A stretch of DNA of 50,601 nucleotides, from assembly GCA_021797995.1 (NCBI GenBank), contig JAJZYR010000005.1, positions 1 through 50,601 on the forward strand, in the 5' to 3' direction. A program made the position numbers and the translations under genes. Under the pieces are notes generated by a model that had not been told where the DNA came from, made no database searches, and saw only the letters and a list, made by a program, of their open reading frames with translations. This stretch comes from Candidatus Micrarchaeota archaeon (GTDB taxonomy: Archaea; Micrarchaeota; Micrarchaeia; Micrarchaeales; CABMGC01). Below are positions 46,322 through 50,601 of the stretch, one piece after another. Each line of letters begins with the position of its first letter. Positions within the stretch are counted from its first letter, which is position 1.

Positions 46322-47263
46322 ATGGACAACTACGCGGATAAACTGCTGAATGCGGTGAAGAGGAAGGGCAATCCATGCATAGTGGGACTGGATCCGAGGC
46401 TAGACCAGATGCCTGACTTTGTAAAAGCAACACCGCGCGACAACCTTGACAGGGCTGTGCGTAGGAGCATCATCGCGTATCATAAATGCATCATAAGGGC
46501 CGTTGCGGGACTTGTGCCAGGAGTCAAGCTGCAGAGCGCGTTCTACGAGCAGTATGGCATCGGAGGGATGCAGGCCTTCATGGACACGGTGCGGTACGCA
46601 AGGGAACGCGGCCTTGTGGTGATAATAGACGCAAAACGCAATGACATATCGTCTACTGCGGAGGCATATGCGAACGCATTCCTGGGCAGGACGCAAATAT
46701 TCGGGAATTCGACCAAGGTCATAGACGCAGACTGCATAACGGTATCGCCGTACCTGGGAAAGGACAGCCTCGATCCCTTTGTCGAGGCCTGCAAGGCATA
46801 TGGGAAGGGCATCTTCATACTCGTGAAGACCTCGAATCCAGGCTCCTCGGATCTCCAGGACAGGAAGCTCTCCGACGGCAGCGAGCTTTACATCAGGGTT
46901 GCAGGGCTGGTGAACAGGTATTCAGAAGGATTGACTGGCGAGCTGGGCTACAGCCCAATAGGAGCAGTGGTTGGGGCAACGTTTCCGGAGGAGGCCATGC
47001 GACTTAGAAAGCTTATGCCCAGGTCGATCTTTTTGGTTCCAGGCTACGGGGCACAAGGAGGCACCGCGGCGATGGCGGCGGAGTGCTTCAATGACGACGG
47101 ATATGGAGCGGTGGTCAACGCCTCAAGGAGCCTGACTTACGGCCTGGGCTCTCCTGGGATAAGCAGATCAGAGGCGGTGAAGGAGATAAAGAACAGGACG
47201 AAGGAAATGATAGAGCGCGTAAACGAAGCAATCAGAACCAAGACAGAGAAGCGATCCGCATGA
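46322..47263 (+). CDS. pyrF: orotidine 5'-phosphate decarboxylase, long bacterial subtype
   Basis: VGLDP, K.Q.AFYE, DAKRNDI.ST..AYA, T.SPYLG.D, KTSNP, GAVVGAT, LVPGYGAQGG, VNASR. Confidence 0.93.
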   Translation: MDNYADKLLNAVKRKGNPCIVGLDPRLDQMPDFVKATPRDNLDRAVRRSIIAYHKCIIRAVAGLVPGVKLQSAFYEQYGIGGMQAFMDTVRYARERGLVVIIDAKRNDISSTAEAYANAFLGRTQIFGNSTKVIDADCITVSPYLGKDSLDPFVEACKAYGKGIFILVKTSNPGSSDLQDRKLSDGSELYIRVAGLVNRYSEGLTGELGYSPIGAVVGATFPEEAMRLRKLMPRSIFLVPGYGAQGGTAAMAAECFNDDGYGAVVNASRSLTYGLGSPGISRSEAVKEIKNRTKEMIERVNEAIRTKTEKRSA

Positions 47264-47320
47264 GGATTCTGGTAGTGGGATGCTCCGGCAGGAGGATGGT
47301 GAGGCAGGTCCTCGTGACCG
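47260..47320 (+). pseudogene. 5' stub of a Rossmann-like gene (PurD- or DapB-like start)
   Basis: ATGA overlap with the pyrF stop; MRILVVGCSGR, then similarity is lost. Confidence 0.35.
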
Positions 47321-47350
47321 AGAGCGGGTATGGCTTTATTGTGATGCAGG

Positions 47351-47386
47351 GGAAGCCCACACGCTTTAGCGGTGGGAGGATGTCAC
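47351..47386 (+). mobile_element. orphan IS200/IS605 (TnpB-type) right end
   Basis: GGAAGCCCACACGCTTTAGCGGTGGGAGGATGTCAC: hairpin with TTTA loop ending in TCAC. Confidence 0.75.
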
Positions 47387-47444
47387 CTTTCCTAATACAA
47401 CAAGGTTTTTAAATCTTAAGGTTAAGTAGTAGAGCGGTAATCAG

Positions 47445-47972
47445 ATGGCATTGGCAAAGCAGGCTCCGGCGAAGAGGGGGATTAAGAAGCTCATTGCAGT
47501 GGTTGCAGTGGTGGTTGTTATAGTTGTGGCGGCATTGTTGCTGTTGCTGCCTAGTAATGGCTATGGCTTCCCGTCAGCACAGACAATCAGCAGCATAGTT
47601 GGCACCCAGGTAACGGCCACTCCGGTAGTTACGCTTACAGGGCAGCAGATAGCTGCAATAGGGGGGCCCACGACCAGCGCCTTTATCTCGTCAGCTGAAA
47701 TGGAGAGTTATGTGACGCCTGGCAACACGGCTTCATTGAACATAACCGAGGCAACGTTCAGCAGTGCCGGAATGACATACCTGAAGTCCATAATCAACAG
47801 CAGTGGGCTGCACCTAACGCCATATGCTGGCGGCTATTATGTACTCGAGAGCGGTGTCACAAGCGGATATAAGGGGGATATAATAGTAGAAATAACTACA
47901 CAGGGCCAGGCCCCCGCACTAAACGTCTCAGAAGCCACTTCGGTAGTCGAAGCGACGCTGAGCGCAATATAA
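47445..47972 (+). CDS. membrane-anchored, Ser/Thr-rich secreted hypothetical protein
   Basis: Basic N-terminus KRG, long hydrophobic helix; TTTTTAAA box upstream. Confidence 0.7.
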   Translation: MALAKQAPAKRGIKKLIAVVAVVVVIVVAALLLLLPSNGYGFPSAQTISSIVGTQVTATPVVTLTGQQIAAIGGPTTSAFISSAEMESYVTPGNTASLNITEATFSSAGMTYLKSIINSSGLHLTPYAGGYYVLESGVTSGYKGDIIVEITTQGQAPALNVSEATSVVEATLSAI

Positions 47973-48097
47973 GCGCCTGCTCCGTGCACCGCGTGTTTCG
48001 TCAGACGTATCTATGTTATAGCGGAAGCTGTCGGATGCGCAGCGCGCCTTCATGCCGTACAGGAAGTCAGGGGGTTTTTATCCTGGATCCGTAAGTA

Positions 48098-48168
48098 TGC
48101 GCCAACCGGGGATTGCACCCGGGTTTCGAGCTTGGGAAGCTCGTATCCTGCTACTAGACTATTGGCGC
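48098..48168 (-). tRNA. tRNA-Gly(CCC)
   Basis: Acceptor GCGCCAA/TTGGCGC, anticodon arm CGAGC-TTCCCAA-GCTCG, T arm CCGGG-TGCAATC-CCCGG. Confidence 0.88.
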
Positions 48169-48241
48169 TTTGATGGCATAGGGGACCTTGGTGCCTCCTG
48201 ATGCAGGCAGATGCTGGTTTGCAGTCTGTGCTGCCCTGCCT

Positions 48242-49015
48242 TTATCTAATGTACGAGAAGGTCTGCTTTGTCGCTGGGGGCCCTTCCTGCTGAGGCATGC
48301 CGCCGGATGCCTTCTCCAGGTCCCGCAGAAGCTTCTCGGTTTCTGCCTTTATCTTGTCCATGCTTGACAAATCCACCTCTATATCGAGTATCTTCTCGAG
48401 CTTTTCGAGGACGGCCTTGGCTGCGTTGGCGTCTATCTCCAGCATGCCTGTTTCGCCCATGAGGCACGCTGCCGGTATGCCGTACTTCTTGGCAAATGCG
48501 ACTATGAGACCTGCAGATCCCCAGATTGCTCCGGTGGCTTTGCCGATTACCACGCCGCTGCCGCCAAGCATGTCCCTGGTCTTTTGGGCTGTTGCGACTG
48601 CGAAGACGCGCGGACTCTGCACGTACTGGTTGTTTATGTTATACCCGCCTATCGTGTATATCTCCTTCCCCCCTATCGATTTAAAGAACCTCACGATCCT
48701 CTCGTTTATGTCGTATTGGCCTTCTGGGGAGCCGGCCTGCATGTCGCCGACAAGTATGATGATGGTGCGCTTTGTCTTGGGGTTCTTGTAGCAGTAAAAC
48801 CTGTTGCTTGCGAGCCTTATTCCGCCGTTCTTCAGCATTATGGCCTGGTGGAGGAAATGGGGCGAGTAGAGGGTGGCGAATCTCTTTGCCTTTAATGACC
48901 CCTTTAGGTGCTCGCCTACAAGACTTCCGACCGTCCCTATTCCAGGAAGCCCGACTATAAGCACGGGATCCGACATCTTTTCCCTCTTGTTGTAGTATAT
49001 TGTAGTTTTATCCAC
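48242..49015 (-). CDS. PAC2-family proteasome assembly chaperone
   Basis: GLPGIG.VG, GD.Q, TIGGY, G.I.G..GL, CLMGET, DA.AA. Confidence 0.9.
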   Translation of the reverse strand: MDKTTIYYNKREKMSDPVLIVGLPGIGTVGSLVGEHLKGSLKAKRFATLYSPHFLHQAIMLKNGGIRLASNRFYCYKNPKTKRTIIILVGDMQAGSPEGQYDINERIVRFFKSIGGKEIYTIGGYNINNQYVQSPRVFAVATAQKTRDMLGGSGVVIGKATGAIWGSAGLIVAFAKKYGIPAACLMGETGMLEIDANAAKAVLEKLEKILDIEVDLSSMDKIKAETEKLLRDLEKASGGMPQQEGPPATKQTFSYIR

Positions 49016-49778
49016 TTGCCTCGCCTTTGTTGCTTTTTATGGAGAACGATATCTGCTTGCTGTACTTTTCGAGGGCAGCCTGCGCCTCCTTTATCTTGCT
49101 TTCTGCTTTCGGATAGCTAGGGCCTTCTGATATGATCTTGTAATGGGGCGCTCCGAGGTACAGAACGCTTACCCCCGTGCCGGCCACCGCGGCAAGGGCC
49201 TCCTTAATCAGGGATATCCCTGCCCTGGTGTTTGTTGTGGTCATCTCTATAGTATACGAAACTGTGTACTTCTTGGGTTTTATGAGCTTGAATACAAGGT
49301 CGTACAGCGCCTGCTTGAAGTCGGCTTCCTTAAAGCCGCTAAGCGGGTCCTTGTTTTCGAATATGTCGTTTATAAGGTCGTTGTACGTCTGCTCCCTTCT
49401 CCCTATCTCGCTTATTATTTCTGCTTTCCTGCTTTCTGTGCCCGACGCCGCGAGCGCTTTATTAAATATGCCCTCTGCGCGCTTTTCCAGGTTATAGTCC
49501 GCCATCTTTCCTTTCTTCTCGCCGGCACTCGCCTTTTTAAATGATATGTCTATGGCCCTCTTATCGTTGTCTATGAATATTACCTTTGCCACCTCCTTCT
49601 GCCCTTCCTTTATGAATTCGTGTATGTTTTTTATCCACCCTGACGCTATCTCGGATATCGGAAGATACGCGTCTGCATTGTATTCCTGAAGCGTGCAGTA
49701 TGCCCCGTATGGCATTATCTTGTTGATCCTGACCAGGACCAGCTCACCGACATCAGGCATTTTTTTTGGTAGTATCAT
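49008..49778 (-). CDS. eif2a: translation initiation factor aIF-2 alpha
   Basis: P.VGELV, YGAYC.L.EY, ISEIASGWIKNI, YLGAP.Y. Confidence 0.93.
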   Translation of the reverse strand: MILPKKMPDVGELVLVRINKIMPYGAYCTLQEYNADAYLPISEIASGWIKNIHEFIKEGQKEVAKVIFIDNDKRAIDISFKKASAGEKKGKMADYNLEKRAEGIFNKALAASGTESRKAEIISEIGRREQTYNDLINDIFENKDPLSGFKEADFKQALYDLVFKLIKPKKYTVSYTIEMTTTNTRAGISLIKEALAAVAGTGVSVLYLGAPHYKIISEGPSYPKAESKIKEAQAALEKYSKQISFSIKSNKGEASG

Positions 49779-49782
49779 CTGC

Positions 49783-50067
49783 TCATCTCTTAATCTCTAT
49801 CTTCTTTTTCGTCCGCATCCCGAAGACGCGGTCTGTGACTTTCTTACAGACGGCGCACTGGAGCATCACTTTTTGCTTTTTTCCGAGCTTCTTCGGATGT
49901 ATTTTCGGTTCTACGCTGCCAACATACCCTCTTATGGCCCTGTTGTGCCTTCTGGTGCCTATGCTTAGGCCCGACGTGCCTTTCTTTGCGTATATCTTTA
50001 CTGTGTGTTTCGTGTGTTTATTGCAGAACTTGCAGTACGTTATTATCTCTTTTTCTATTTTCATCAT
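49783..50067 (-). CDS. rpl44e: 50S ribosomal protein L44e
   Basis: TYCKFCNKHT.H.V, G.RR..R...GY.G, L.C.VC. Confidence 0.93.
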   Translation of the reverse strand: MMKIEKEIITYCKFCNKHTKHTVKIYAKKGTSGLSIGTRRHNRAIRGYVGSVEPKIHPKKLGKKQKVMLQCAVCKKVTDRVFGMRTKKKIEIKR

Positions 50068-50072
50068 ATCGC

Positions 50073-50570
50073 CTAGTTTGCTACCTCTCCTATTTTGTTG
50101 TTTACCATGAATTCGGCGTCGTCCGGGTCTTCTACCTGAATGACTTCCCCTTCCTGATAAGGTCCGAGTTTGTTGCCTTTAGTTGTTATGATTTCTGGTA
50201 TTTTTATAAGTATCTTTATTTTTGTGGTTTTTGGCGGCGGGACCTCTTTGTTTATTGTTTTAAGTATTTGATAGTATAGAGCCTCTTCTTCTGCCGGAAC
50301 CTGGGACGGCAGGGGTTTGTTGTATGCCAGATAAACTAGTATTTTCTGGGTTCTTTTTGATCTGAGTTTGTTCAGTGTTGTTTTTTTGTTCTGTGTTTCG
50401 GCCTTTCTGCCGCCTTCCTTCTCCTGCTCTTTTATTTCTTTTTCGATTTCTTCGTAGAAATCCTTCCCAAGCGGAAGCAGTGTGCCTGTTTTTCTTTCCT
50501 CGTCGAGTTTTGCGAACAGCGCTTCGGTGTAAACCTCTTCTTCTATCATAAAAACACACCGGACTTCCAC
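50073..50570 (-). CDS. GINS subunit (Gins15/51-like)
   Basis: ER....L..L..DFY, R..KI, EE.LY, IPEI....G..LGPY..G.V; position upstream of rpl44e. Confidence 0.75.
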   Translation of the reverse strand: MEVRCVFMIEEEVYTEALFAKLDEERKTGTLLPLGKDFYEEIEKEIKEQEKEGGRKAETQNKKTTLNKLRSKRTQKILVYLAYNKPLPSQVPAEEEALYYQILKTINKEVPPPKTTKIKILIKIPEIITTKGNKLGPYQEGEVIQVEDPDDAEFMVNNKIGEVAN

Positions 50571-50601
50571 TTCTTTTCCTTTCTTTTTTCTAGCTTCTTT
50601 T

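Overview
Archaeal chromosomal window, most likely a DPANN archaeon of the Micrarchaeota type. This is inferred from GatDE, aIF2-alpha, L44e, GINS, Hef, a LamG protein with the QSAMEYLMTYGWAIL class III signal peptide and a DUF929-VKOR pair. Layout: (1) 1-15.9 kb, a surface-glycan island, visibly AT-rich in its core, with rmlABCD, an NDP-sugar C-methyltransferase, two tandem SDR enzymes, several glycosyltransferases and IS debris (IS200/605, IS630, IS1634, IS66 plus a 94-bp MITE). (2) 16-21.9 kb, a stack of TA/defence-type modules (MNT-HEPN, AAA-DUF4143 ATPase, AbiEi/AbiEii). Each module is followed by the 5' end of one spermidine-synthase-like gene, giving two diverged in-frame stubs plus the intact gene, with VapBC on the far side. 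This integrase-free cassette array is the most striking structure. (3) 22-31 kb, housekeeping genes. (4) 31-43.6 kb, unexpected anabolic genes: a complete his operon with a HisC-HAD fusion, ribK/ribH/ribC and bacterial MEP-pathway ispF/ispD/ispE. (5) A tandem Lrp/AsnC protein with a transposase-like N-terminus, flanked by two structured non-coding elements, then pyrF between gene remnants, and a GINS-L44e-aIF2a-PAC2 cluster lacking S27e and Nop10. Three tRNA genes are present (Gly-GCC, Phe-GAA, Gly-CCC). All calls come from motif recognition by eye; no searches were run, and identities are hand counts.
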